From assembly GCA_051294375.1 (NCBI GenBank), contig CM119265.1, positions 3,285,745-3,349,639 of the forward strand: a DNA stretch of 63,895 nucleotides. Reading direction: 5' to 3'. The position numbers and the translations under genes are program-made. Positions 45,601-59,232 of this stretch are shown piece by piece. The stretch's first letter is position 1, and every line of letters begins with the position of its first letter. This DNA is from Paraspadella gotoi (taxonomy: Eukaryota > Animalia > Chaetognatha). The notes under the pieces are model-generated. The model was not told the origin of the DNA, searched no databases, and was given only the letters and a program-made list of their open reading frames with translations.

Positions 45601-46040
45601 AGCAAGATTTCAATTTTACCACAAAAAATTTCGTTGCGACTTATGGAAATTGTTTCGATTAATACTTATTACTTAAGTATTACTTAAGTATTTGGTACCA
45701 TACCTTATAAAAGGAAATGGTAAAGTTTGATTGTATACATGAACGAATGTCAGTTGCGAAAATAACATCAAATTGATTTCTTAATTTCAATGTATCCACC
45801 TATAGAGAGAAGATGAATTCTCAGTGGTCAGTCAGTCCGCCTGTGGTTTCTATCGCCGCTTTCTAGTCTGTCGTCTCTTTTTTGTCCCCTCCTTTTTTTC
45901 TCTCTTATCTTTTTATTTTTTTAATCTTTCTTTTTTCGCAATATTTTTTTTCTTTTTTTTTTTTGTGATTCTTTTCGTGGACAGACACGAAACGACACTC
46001 AGAGGGCGGCGAGAGAGAGAGAGAGAGAGAGATTGAGGTG

Positions 46041-46076
<36 letters not shown>

Positions 46077-46450
46077 GAGAGTATCCATATTAGTAAAAAT
46101 CCTAGGATTAATCATAATCTATTCCGGACAATTAATCGTTAATTAGCATAAATTTCTATGAGGTCATTTCTTCGGAGGGATAGCTATCAAGAAAAGGGAA
46201 ACTAATCGCGATATAATCCAGTCGAGATTAAATCCTCAATTTTGAGATTCAGCATTTTTTTCCAATTTGTTCAAGATCTTGGTTTCGTTCAATTTTGAAT
46301 TTTGAATTTTAAATTTGAATTTTGAATTCCTAATTTGGATTCAAAATTTTCGCTAAGCGCCTCTGAGTTAAGTCCAATGTCCATCATACAATTAATAGAA
46401 AAACATGGTTAATTAATTATACGGCCATTTAGTAAAATGACCATATAAAA

Positions 46451-46924
46451 AAGGCCGGAACGGGTTGGAAACTAGAAGTTCTCTCAAATAGATAATGGTA
46501 GTGATTGCTACAGAATATGAAAATGAAAATAATTTTAAAATTTATCTTATAAATAAGAGAACGGAAGCATTTAAAAATATTTAATTACTATATAATGTTT
46601 AAATTTTTTTTAAAAATTTGTTTATTTTTTTTAATAGATTTTGATAAAGTTTATTATTACAACTTTTAAAATTTTTTTAAATTTTTTTATGAAAATTTTA
46701 AAAATCCATAAAATCTAGCTAATGATGATGATGATGATGATTTTTTAAGGATTTTATCATTTTATCATTTATTATAAATAATAATTTATTATTAATAAAT
46801 ATTTAAAAGCTTCAGTGCAAAAAAGTTGCAAAAAAGTTGCACTGAAAATAGATTCAGTAGTAGAAATTTTTTTTTTTTGAGAGAACTGGAAGTTATAAAA
46901 AGTGTTCAATTTTGGCCCGCCCTA
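46451..46924. mobile_element. MITE copy 1 (shorter) of the family also found at 53651
   Basis: Same termini as 53651-54260 (aggccggaac...ctagaagttctctcaaata and gttataaaaagtgttcaattttggcccgcc) and the same central (gat)n. The TSD is degenerate. Confidence 0.8.
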
Positions 46925-47183
46925 ATAAATATACCCTTAAACATGAGATGTTATGCTTTTAAATTTGTAATAGGGTTATATTGGCGATTTAAACGATTCT
47001 CTTTTCCTGTTCAAATTAACCGCTGCCGTATTCTCTTTAAGTTTGTTATCCCATTATTCTTTTCATTTGGTTATCCTTTTCAACCATGTTCTCCTTGTAC
47101 ACGAAGGTGATGATGAAAATCTCATCGAACCTCAAATGTCAAAAAGAGGAAGACTCTTTCATCTTGTTTAGAAGGGCTCTAAT

Positions 47184-47306
<123 letters not shown>

Positions 47307-49211
47307 GACCTTTTGTTGGATCTAAGGATCTCAATTATGGATTCATTTAGGTTATTTTCTTCCATTTTCTCATATTCGAAACATTTGAATAAAATAGACC
47401 ATTCTTTTAAAAGAAAGTTTGTTCTTAAAAACAAACTTACCACCTTAAATAATTTCTTTAGTAACTTAAAAACAGCCAACTGTTAGGTATATGATATGTA
47501 CTGGCCTTTGTCTATTAATATTACAGTTTCTTGAGCAAAGTTTACAGGTACTGAGATGAGAAAATAAATCATAAAGCCAAAACAAAATCCTTTATTGGAA
47601 ACTGTCAATTATCGTCTCTCCTTGCTGTACATTTGCTGCAGATTAAATCCGTTGCCACAGATAGATTGCCGCAAGTGAGAGAGAAAGAGAGAGAGAGAGA
47701 GATTAATTAGGAGAATAATATACATACATAAGAGCGGAAGCGAGTCCATCTTCTAAGAATTCCTAATGAATCTGGATTAAATATAAGAAGTATAAAATTG
47801 AGATTCCTTCTTCATTGTCTACATTGCACATGGATCTTTCGATGCCTTCACCAATTTGCCGGATTTGTTGTCTGAATTGCGACTGAATTAATCGAAGGCG
47901 TCGGCGATGACGCCTCCGTACAGATGCGTCCGGATAAACCGCATCACGTCGCCGAAAATATATATTTTTTTAATCTCCCTTGTTTGAAGCTGAATGATAG
48001 AACTATGAAAATGACAGGTTCATTAACATAAAATAAATATATAAATAAATAAATATATAAATAAATAGTTAGGACAATACGATGAATGTTCCATAAGGAC
48101 AAGATGCCATTTCTTGAAAGTCAGTGAAAGAAAGTTCACGTTTTCTTTTTTCTTTCATATTTGACCAAACAAATCTTTCTCTCCGTTCATTTCCTACCGT
48201 GATTGGGAGTATAGTACAAAGTAAAAAGTTTGCAAACCTCTGTGAAATTATTTATCATTTTTCGTACTCATATATCAATCATTTAGAAGACATGAAATGT
48301 ATATAGGGAAGCATCTTTCACTGTATCCAACGATACATAATCTTCCAAAGAGAAAATTTAAGAGAAATATTAGGAAGACGACGACGACAACAACAACAAT
48401 GAGATAGACGGCGGAAACCTAATCAACGTCGAGAGATTCAATCTTATAAAAGAAAAGAGATTCTAGTTTTTAAACAAAAGACAATTCGAAGCGCCTTCTC
48501 TCGGCAAAGAGCCCATAAGATTGAAAGACAAAAGCTTAATATCTTGCATCCTTTTCGTTAATTCTACGGTGAGTACTGGCGTAGAAAATTGTTATATAGT
48601 AAAATTGGTACAAATAATGTAAAAATGGCCCATTTATTTAAAAAAGCTGTCTTGGCTCTCGAGTTTGAACAGGCCTTTAAAATATTGTAATAAGCATCTG
48701 AATAAGTAGCCAAAATAGAATTAAAAATCGATGTCGCATTGGAAGAGTTAAGTTTAAGAGAATACATGGTGACAATCTTATAAGCGCCACTAGAAAAGAG
48801 CTGTCATTTGAAAACGCATACTGGGGAAAATGAAATCTATGTAATAGAGCGTAGTGAATGTTTTTTATACATTAATGTTCATTAGTACAATTTTGTTCAT
48901 TCCTTACTTTTAGAATTTTAAATTAAGTCAAATTTAGAATTTTTACTAAACTTTATTACGCAACTACGCAACAAAATAGTCACTAAACTATTTGGCAAAG
49001 TTGCTAAGTTGTATGTAAGTTCTTGTGTACTACACAATGTGTAGTGATGAAAAATTAAAAATTTTCACTAACTTGTAATTAAAACGGATATGATTGAAAA
49101 TTTATATATTTTTTTAAATTCGAACTTCTTACTTGTTTCTCAGGTTTTTGTCCTCGACAGCAAAACATCTTAATTTTATATCGAAGACCTACACTGTTTT
49201 CCTTTAACAAC

Positions 49212-52056
49212 ATGGGTTTGAATTTTATCAAAGATACCGAATTGATTATGTTGGTAATTAGTATAGCTCTTGCAGTGATGGACGTTGCAACAGATTTGCA
49301 GACTTCGTTTAACATGATAGTTCAAGGAAATTATTTTATCAGGTTAGAATTCATTTTTGCTTAAATTTGAGTATCTAATTGAGGCTGATTTTTTAAGATT
49401 TTTTTAGCCATAATATTTTAAAGCACAATGAATAAAAACCAAGGTTATTGATTTAAAACTATTTAACATAAATTTTTCGCACTAAAACGTCGTAAAGGGA
49501 AATAAGAAATCAATACAAATGAACGGAATAAAAAGCTGTGTCATATAAGTAAAGAGAAAAGAATAGCAAGGGCGAGATATATATATTTACACTTGTTTTA
49601 CTTTATAAAGATACCTTGGATGTATTATTTTATTTGTGGTGGCTTTTCATAGTCTAGTTTCTGGACTTTACTCTCAATCTGTAATTACGAAAAATAAACA
49701 TATTTTTCCAAATCTACATAAAAACATATTCCGAAAATACATAGTTTTGGTTTGCGGATTTTTTGGACTAGGTGCAATACCACTATTAATAGATAACTAT
49801 TATGAAAAAAAGGAACTAAATTCGGGCAAAAATTTAAGAATAAACGCATTAAAACTGAAAGAACACGTTTTACAAATCCTAAATTTGGTCCAATGCCTTT
49901 TAGAATCCTTCCCTCAAGTTTTAGTGCAAACTTGTTCAATGGCCTTTTTGTGGACAAGTGGTACAAAGGAAATATGTTTAAATCCTTGTTTGATGAAACT
50001 TGGTTCATACGAAAAAGTGTCATATGAATTTGTTTATGAAAATAAAACCTTTATTGCATACAGACCGTTAAAAGTAAGTATCTATTATTGTCAGACTCAT
50101 TGGCTTACGACTGTTCATTCTATTGAAGAAAATCAAGTAACTTTTAAAACTCTCCCCTGCAGTTGCGATGTCAGTACTTTAACATTAGGGGAAAATATAA
50201 CCGAAATATTTTGTTACTGGAGAATAAAAAACTTTATTCCAATTTTGTCCTTAGTATTTTCGACCATAAGCTTGGCAAAAACTTGTTGGTCCAATAGAGT
50301 GAACGTTAATTTGTTTGTCACAGAGAACAAGTTAAAATGTTTGAATATTACAAGCACAATAACCGGAATCGTGCAGGGTGTAATTGGCATAACAGTTTGT
50401 ATGTATATCATTTACATCACCGCAATAAGAAGTACTGTTTGGTTCATAATTTTTACGCCGTTGATAATTTTAAGAGTACTCACTCCCTTAGAACTATATA
50501 ATCTCCTTTACCAGTTAATTGCTAATTTCAGAAAGGGTAAATTTAAGAAAATTACTAAGAATAGTATGAAAACCGCTTCCTTTTATATGATAATATCTCC
50601 CTTATGGAATTTAGTTTTTTTCTCTGCATTCATGATGATTGAAAAATCATTGAATATTCAAAGATATATTACGACGTTAGATTTTAATTTTTCTCCTAGA
50701 CTAGAATCTCGATTGGTTTTTCTCGATCCACCAAAGATTTGGGAATCAAAAATATTTCAGACAAACTTCGCTCCCAAATTATTTCTTTATAGAGATATTT
50801 TCAATTCATTCACCAAGCGTCATGACCGAAAATGTATCATTCCCCACGGAATCATAGAACATTCCAAATGGAAGAATGTATCCCTATTAGGTTATGCGTA
50901 TGAAAATGATAACAATTGTAAAAATCTTATACAAAAATACAAAGATGGAAAGAGGGTAAAGAGTGTGAAACCGTTCTTAATTGTTAATTTGGGCAATTAT
51001 ATGCTTTTTTATCCAAGCTATTATGTTATCCTCGCTTTTATGATGATTGACACGGTATTTTGTTTGCTTCACTTGACTATTTTATTTTATCAAATTGGTC
51101 AATTAAGCCAAATTTCAATGTTTCTTCTCGCATCATTAGCAACTATAATCCCAATTATACTAAGTATGCAAGGACTTTTTATTCAAAAAGAAATTTTAAA
51201 AAAAGACATAGTGAGTAAGAAAAATTTTCATTTGAAAGCAGTTTATCCTCCCATACATGATTCTCAATTCTATGTTTACAATACAGGATTATTGTTGGCT
51301 AATTCAGTTTTCGTTGTGGTCATTATTTCTTTCATATTTACATTAAACGTAATATTGAAACTGAAAACTTTTCGGAGAGCAAAGAATCATTTATATTTTG
51401 TTATTTCAATGTTTCTACCAATTTTTATCTATTCATTTGATCCAAACGATAAAATACGAGACAGCATAAGTCTTGATCTGCAGTATTTTAGTAATTTTTC
51501 AACAAAAGAAAACAATGAAAGTCTATTGATCTTTTCATGGGGTAGAATCCATAAAAATCTTATCAATTTGATATTTTGGGAAGAAAGTTTTTTGACATTC
51601 TTTAAAATATCATTTCTCCCTCTTTTTAGTTTGATTAAACACAATTTGGTGACAAAATTTAAAAAAAGGAAAATTATTTTAATTTTTAGTTTGACGATTC
51701 TTTCACTTTTATTTGGTATTTTTTCATTATTGATAGGGGGCCCTGCGGAAAAATTAAGATATCACGGTCTTATCGAAAGAAAACCCGCCATTAGAGTGTA
51801 CTGGTCAGCTAAACTCGAACATCAAAGTCCAACTTTCATACTTTTGTATTCTTTATCGTACTATTTTATGAGATTTCTTTTTGTCAAAACTGAACGAGAT
51901 AATCGCCATCAGGCTGAATTTATGATGAAAAATATTATTAACATCGACATCAAAGAGATTTTCAAAAATCTGCAAAAGTTTAGTCGATACCAAACATTCG
52001 AAATTGATTTTGTATTTTTCATTTGCATTCTTTTGCCGGCGATGATTTTCGTCTGA
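49212..52056 (+). CDS. Large XK-related (Xkr scramblase-like) multi-pass membrane protein, about 858 aa, 2 coding exons
   Basis: Exon 49212-49342 (MGLNF...LAVMDVATDLQT...GNYFIR) splices in phase 2 to 49611-52056. It carries the XK-family motifs DVxTD, LLESFPQVLVQ and SLVFSTISLA, plus many further hydrophobic segments. Confidence 0.75.
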
Positions 52057-52118
52057 TTCTGAAGAGACTATTGATTTCAATTTTGGAGAGAGAGAGAGAG
52101 AGAGAGACGAGAGAGGAT

Positions 52119-52149
<31 letters not shown>

Positions 52150-53650
52150 GAAGAGATGAGAGAAAGAGAGACACACAGAGAGAGAGAGAGAGAGATAGAG
52201 AGAGAGAGATTCGTTAAGTGTTCAAATTTTGTATTACGAAATCCAAACACAATCCATCATGTATCCAATGCCTTTTGTTAATCATTTTTACCGATAAAGT
52301 GCAGCACGTATTCTCTTGCTCATACACACTCATAGGTAAACAAAACGGCAACGCTTTTTCACTTTTTTACTTCTATTGCTTTTTTGTTAATTCAACTTAA
52401 ATTTTCTTTGAAGAATCATCAATAATTGTTTGTGTAACTGATTTGATTTTTTTCTTTTTGGGCCGGGAATAGCCTTAAGTAACTAGCGTTCCAAGTAAGT
52501 TGAAGTGAAAGTATGGAATTTAAATTTTGTGTCTATATTTCCAACAGTATATCTTTTCTAAACGTTTCGAATCTATATTGGTTTTTTCTATTTTCATGTT
52601 CTGCCAATTTTCTTGATTTGTATTTAGAACCAACCGTAACCGTATTTAATATAAAAAAGTTAGATCCAAATTAAAAACTGTACTATAGATATAGTTGTTA
52701 AGGTTTTTCAATTGTGAGCATTTCATAAAATATTCTGTAAAACGTTTTGCCAAAAACTTATAATTTATCAAATGTTAATCTTAAATTTATTATAATATTG
52801 GTTTTAATATATAAATATGGTCTAGTCATTTTCAGTGATATTTAAAATTTAAAAATTTAATTTTATGTTTTATTGGCTAAATAATTATGTTAATTATGTT
52901 AATAATGTTAATAATGTTAATTATCTAATTTTTTTCATATCAAACTTTTTAAAAAATATTTTTAAAAATATTTTAATTATTTATAAATTTTTTTTATTCT
53001 CTTAATCAAAAGGCAAGGAAAAGAAAGCAAAATACCATGTCATGAAAATTTTTAAAATAAATTTAAAATAAATTTTATTTTATTCTAATTTATTTTTTTT
53101 TATTTTAATAATTATTTCTGAAATTTTTAAAAATAAATGTCAGAAGCAAATAGCCTCTTTGTTTTTTATTGTTTACATAGAGTTTAGACACCGAGACGGT
53201 ATTAGGAAAACAATACCAGTGGAAGCCCTTACAGCAAGCCAGTCAGAAACGCCGCGAGCAGCCGACCTGGGCTTCATAGATTGTCCCTGCTGTTGCAAAA
53301 CTTTTTTTTTCCTGACACATAGATAAACAAATAAAAAGAGAGTTGAAATGCTAATTTACACTCATGTGCAAAAAATACACGCCACTTTATAACTTTAAAT
53401 TACAGATGCTTTATAAAAACATTGAAGGATGTCTGGCACACCTTTGGCTAGATCATTTATTGACTCAATCGTATGATTGGTTTTACCGTTAAAGTACTTA
53501 ACAAAGATTAAGCCACATTAATTTTAAACCCTTGCTACATCCACAACTTGTAGAACCGCCTGCATCGCTGGAGGATGTGGAGAGGAAAACTTTATTCTCT
53601 ATTTAACTACAAACTTTTCATTTTAGAATCTCTAACTTTGGTATAGTTAC

Positions 53651-54260
53651 TAGGCCGGAACAGGTTGAAAACTAGAAGTTCTCTCAAATAAATAATGGTA
53701 AAGTGACTGTTAGAGAATATGAAAATAAAAATTATTTTAAAAAATTATTTCATTAATAAGCGCACGGAAGCCTTTAAATATTATTTTATTACTATATAAA
53801 GTTAAAAATTTTTTTGGAATTTTTCAATTTTTTTTTGATAGATTCTGATAGAGCTTTAAAAGTTAAATAAAGGTTATTAATACAAATTTTTAAATTTTTT
53901 TTGTTTTATTGATCAAAATTTTAAAAAACTATAAAATTCAGCCAATGATGATGATGATGATGATTTTTTAACGTTTTTTTTGTTTTTAACCAATTTCTTG
54001 TCAAAATTTTAAAAAATTGTAGTACTAACTTTCATTTAACTTTTCAAGCTTTATAAGAATCCGTTCTTAAAAAATAAATTTTTAAAAAATTTTTTTTGTC
54101 ATTTGTTATATATTAATAAATATTTAAAAGCTTCAGTGCAACAACCCAATGAACTAATTCAAAAAGTTGCATTGAAAATCGATTTAGTAATGGAAGGAAA
54201 AAAGAAATTTTTTTGAGAGAATTAGAAGTTATAAAAAGTGTTCAATTTTGGCCCGCCTTA
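53651..54260. mobile_element. Foldback MITE, hAT-type (8-bp TSD), copy 2
   Basis: Perfect 8-bp TSD atagttac at 53643-53650 and 54261-54268; termini taggccgg...cccgcctta; internal inverted arms around a (gat)n centre. Confidence 0.88.
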
Positions 54261-54508
54261 ATAGTTACATAGCCAATAAAGGCCTTTAAATAAATCATGA
54301 ACTTTCAGTTTGATAAAGCAATGTGGTTACATCCTGGAGGATACCATAAAAGGTTTGTAGTTTTACAGAATAATGGTGTGCCAGAAATCCTTCCAGCAAG
54401 GGTGGCGCCAAGGGTGTTGAACCGGCAAACATCTTTTTTTATGCCCACCCATATTATGTCAGATGTAAAAAAGGGCCTGATCCACTAAGCGTTCTAGCCA
54501 ACTTTCAA

Positions 54509-54703
54509 GAAAGCAAAAGCCTATCAAGCAAAAGCCTATCAAGCAAAAGCCTATCAAACAAAAGCCTATCAAGCAAGAGGCCATCGAGCAAAATCCTATA
54601 AAGCAAAAGCCTATCAAGCAAAAGCCTATCAAGCAAAAGTCTATTAAGCAAGAGGCAATCGAGCACAAGCCTATCAAGCAAAAGTCTATCAAGCAAAAGC
54701 CTA
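54509..54703. repeat. 15-bp minisatellite, left part (split by the LTR element)
   Basis: Unit gcaaaagcctatcaa; the array resumes at 60502. Confidence 0.93.
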
Positions 54704-55290
54704 TGTTTGGGTTAGTTAGAGCATTCCTTGAATTTTCATAGANNNNNNNNNNNNNNNNNNNNNNNNNNNNNNNNNNNNNNNNNNNTTCAAATAATCAAGA
54801 CCTTGGATTAAGCAGAAATCTTTTTATTTGAGTACCTTTATTGACAGTGAGGCAGTTGGATATAAAACTTTGATAGCAAATGGTCAGCTTAAAGCTAAAA
54901 GGAATAGAAAATTATTACTTTATTTAAATAAAAATCACAAAATAATCAAACAGTGTTTTTACCTCTTATGGTCCTTGGAACGCCCTAGAATACTACAAAA
55001 AATGTCCCTTTTTATATTAGTAAAGAACCAATCAGAAACTAGAGGTAGCTATCAAATTTAAAATTAACTAATCAGGGACTAGGATTTATGTGCTATAGCA
55101 TCAATCTTTGTGCACTAGGACCAATTTTTATAGCTAATTATTTCTTATAACCATTAAGATAGTTGTTGCTAAGTAAGTAGAAACAGAGCAGCATGACGCG
55201 TTGCTATGGGGAATTTTTAGTAACCAGAATAGGACAATCATCAACTCTGATTGAGAGCAAAATGAATGTTATTTAAAAATCATTTCTACA
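54704..55290 (-). repeat. 3' LTR
   Basis: tgtttgggttag...catttctaca, containing a short N gap; matches 59958-60501. Confidence 0.93.
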
Positions 55291-55302
55291 TTAATCCCCC
55301 TC
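55291..55302 (-). other. Polypurine tract
   Basis: gagggggattaa on the minus strand, immediately before the 3' LTR. Confidence 0.8.
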
Positions 55303-55655
55303 AGTTGCATAACATGCAACTCAATTCGTAATATTTAATGAATTTTTAAAAAAATTATTCACGATAAAATTTACGACTAAATCGGTAATAAAAACAAAAG
55401 TGTATCGGAAAATTTCGTCTGCTCGGATAATTAAAAACAAGATAAAATTACGGAATAAAATTTGTTTATAAAAAATCGACGGAAATTCAACTAAAGAACA
55501 TGTCAACGGATAAATTCTAAATAAAAAAGTGAACTTTACAAATTAAAAGGATCAATTTCGTCCACGTTTTCTTCAACATCGTTACTTTTATCAATATTTT
55601 CTTCACAATTGTCAATTTTATCGTCGAGATCGGCGATTTTCGACTTCAAGACGGA

Positions 55656-58130
55656 CTACTTTTGTTCGGTCACGATCAAAGAGTTTTCCGTTTGCCGTGC
55701 GGACAGTGACACGGCGCGACATGAGTGCCCGTCTGAATGAGCCGCGTGGATAATGCCGAAGACCACTTGTCTCTTGAGCAAGATCGTCGACGAGAAGACC
55801 AGATCACCAACGGCAAGATTCTGGGCGAAGGAAGTCCATTTTTGACGTTGTTGGAGAGAGGTAATATATTCGCGGCGCCACCTACCCAGAATTCGTTTGC
55901 TAAGTTTTGACTCTGTCTCCATGCTGAGCGCGAAATTGTTGGCAGTATCGTTTGAGGGAATGACGTCAGTAGATGAGAGCGCGGGAGCCCAGGGTGAGGG
56001 ATCATCTCGGGGGTTAGTGGGGAAGGGTCTCGGAATCGCTTTGAGATACGAGTAAGAGGGCGGCGATTAATTATTCCTTCAGAAATAGTTACCATTGTTT
56101 CAAAGATTTCATTAGTAACTTCCCTTTTGTCTAGGAGAACATGAAGAGTTTTTCTTTACTGTCCGTACCAGCCGCTCCCAGACTCCGCCCCAATGCGGCG
56201 CGCCAGGAGAGTGAAGCGCCACTCGAGACCTTTGGAACGTAACTTCTCAGGTAAATCTTTGTTGTGTGCATTGATAGCAGCTTTGATTTCTTTGTCTGAT
56301 CCTCGGAAATTTGTGCCGTTGTCGCTATATAAGATTCTGAGACCTGGACGGCGAGCCTGAAATCTGAGTAGAGCATTCATAAACACAGAAGTGGATAAAA
56401 TCTCGTTTGGTTTCTAAATGTACAGCTCTCATTCTTAAGCATGTAAATAATGCTATCCAACGTTTGGCCATGGTTCTATGAATTTTAATTTTAAAAGGTC
56501 CACAAAGATTCAACGCCCGTGGCTTCAAATGGAAAAACCTGGTCAATCGGATAGCCGGAAAGAGGCGCCATCTTTTGTTTCTCTGGCTGGGAATGTGACC
56601 GTTGGCAGGAAACACATCGGCGGATGACCTTTTGTATCGTATTTTGACCTTTTGATATCCAAAATCTTTGGCGTAATTGAGCATGAGTTTGATTGGGGCC
56701 AGCGTGAGCTTCACTAATATGAGTTAATAAAATAAGAGAATTAATTAGTCTTGATTTTTGCAGGAAGAATGGCGGGATGGCGCCATCTCATATTTTTCGT
56801 TTGCTCGGTGCAGGCGACCACCAACCCCTGAGGACGTCGTCGTCGTCAACAAATGGATCCAGGTCTCTAAGAGGAGAAACTTTAGAACGTAATTCTTTTC
56901 TGATTGAAGGATCACCCTTTTTGGTATTTTTCAAATGATTAATTTCATGACCAAATGATTCTTCTTGAATTAATTTAATTAAAGTCATTTCTGCATTAAA
57001 TATATCTTGATGTCGAATTAAAGAAATATTTTGATTAATTTTATTTTGAAATACAAATTTGATAAACTTTTGATAGATAGTAATTCGAAAAATAAGCTTT
57101 TGCCAATCAGATAAGTTAGCAGCAATCTTTTGTAAGAGTTCATTTTTAGATGGTTCATTTATCTGTATGCTATTTATCTCTGTCTGAATATTATGTTCAC
57201 ATGGAATCCCGTCACCTGTCGGCCATTTTGACGAGTTCTCCCAAAGGAATGCTGGTCCCTGTGAAAATATTTCCAGATGACGTTTCCGTGGCCTCGAAAC
57301 CTCGTGAACAAAGGTCAGCGGATTTGAATCTGTCGGTACGTATCGCCACTGAGATGGTTCTGTAACCTCGTGTATCTTGGCCAATCTGTTTGCAAAAAAG
57401 GCTTTAAACGACAGTCACGTTATTCTAATTTGTTTTAGAACACACATTGCATCTGTCCAAAAATAAACTTCATTTATTTCATGATCAATCTCTCGTTTAA
57501 TAAATTTATAAATTTCAGTTGAGTAACTGCAGCAGTTGTTCTAGTCGTGGAATAGTTTCTTTAGAACCTAATACTGTCTTCTCTATAGGAGCAACTCTAG
57601 ATTTTGCTAATAAAAACGAAACATGAATTTGATCAATTAACATCGTCAATTCTTAAATAGGCAATTGAGCCGTAACCTTGTTGAGATGCATCGGAGAAAA
57701 TGTGAAGTGAATCGACCTTACTTCTGTCAACTTAGATGAGCTTGTCCAGCGAGGGATTGAGATGTCTTCAATTGCATGGAGAGATGACTTCCAATCTAGG
57801 AAAGGCTGAAGCTGATCGTCAGGTATGGTTTGATCCCAATCAAGGCTGGAGACGCAATATCTCTGCAATAATCTTTTAGCAATAAAAAATGAAAGGAGCA
57901 GCGAATCCTAATGGATCAAAAATTGAAGAAGTTAGTGATATACTTGTCTTCTTGTCTTTGTTTCTTTCCCCCTTTTTAAATTTCGCGACAGAAATTTAAA
58001 ATTATCTGACCCAAAATCATAACCGAGACCTAGTGTTCTATCTGTAAAAGATACACCATTATCAGCAAAATTTTTCATTTCCTGTGAAATTTCAGCTCGT
58101 GATTCCGATGTGAGACATCTCTCTCTTTTT
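55656..58130 (-). pseudogene. BEL/Pao pol remnant: RT C-terminal tail, Pao RNase H-like region, integrase, DUF5641-like end
   Basis: Fragments in shifting frames: RTLGLGYDFGSDNFKF, LDWDQTIPDD, QWRYVPTDSNP, LRDLDPFVDDDDVLR, KRWIALFTCLRMRAVHLE, ILYSDNGTNF, EGIINRRPLT, RWRREYITSLQQRQKW. Confidence 0.9.
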
Positions 58131-59232
58131 TTGAATTCGCGGATAGCATTGAATGCTTCATCTTTTGTCCAATGGAGGAGCTCGTAATACTTAATCCTGT
58201 CAGAAATACCTGGAATACTTTCGACATCATTAGCAAATTGATAAAGAATCCTTCTAAAGTAAATGGGTTCCTTCAAACTTATCTTTTTCATTAGGCCGAA
58301 TCCTGGCAAGTGTCTGAGATCCTATAAGCGCGAGATATCCATCTGTTGACCCAGACTGATTGGTATTGATTGGTTTGCACCAGGCGGGGGCTGATAAGTA
58401 TTTGTTGGATTTGGCTGGTTAGTTTCTTTTGGAGTTTGAGGTCGACCTTGACTTGGTTGAAAGGATTCTGATTCAGGATTTAATCTTTTATTGTTTATAT
58501 TATTTAAATTAATATTATCTGGTTGAACATTTTCCAATTGATTAGCCCAAGATAATACCTTTTGTTGATTTGACGTACCAGGCATTTCAATTATTGAAAC
58601 TCTGTCTTCATCGTCGGAATCCGCGTGTTTCTCAGCCAATTCTCTATCAATTTTCTCAATTTCTGCCTCTCCCATCAAAGCATCAGCCTCTTCTTGTTGA
58701 AATTTTAATTTCATTTCTTCTATTTTTCTTAAATTTTGCTCATGTAAATTTTTAATTTAAGTTCTTGTTACACTTAGTATAATGAGATTCATACCTTGCT
58801 CTCCGTTTCTCATCCTGTCTTGAGCTAGTGATGCTTGATTTATCGGCGTCTCCCAAGTTTGAATCATTGTCTTTGTTCGTCTCTCCAGTGGGAGCTGAAA
58901 AATTAAACTTCCTTTCGGGTACAGGAGTGGGAGAATGAATTTGAACTTCAGGTACTCGTTTTTGTAATTCAGTACGAAATGTTAAAGCTTCATTTCTAAT
59001 GTGTTAGCAATATCACTTAACTGTAGTTTTGTTGCCTCATTCCAGGCTGATCTTGCGCAGTGAGTCGGAGTTGATTAGCAGTAGAAATGGCAGATTCAAA
59101 TAAGTTTTGTGCTTCATTACCCGGTAATGGTGGAAGAGATATATCTCGTAATCTTGAAGTTGCTTCCTTAGTTTCACTGTACAGGTTTGGCGTCTCTTGA
59201 AGCCGTTCGAACGTCGCGGTTGCTGGTTGCAT
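58130..59232 (-). pseudogene. BEL/Pao gag remnant
   Basis: ATG at 59232, coiled-coil and Q/P/N-rich segments, then a DUF1759-like EPIYFRRILYQF...IKYYELLHWTKDEAFNAI; broken by frameshifts. Confidence 0.7.
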
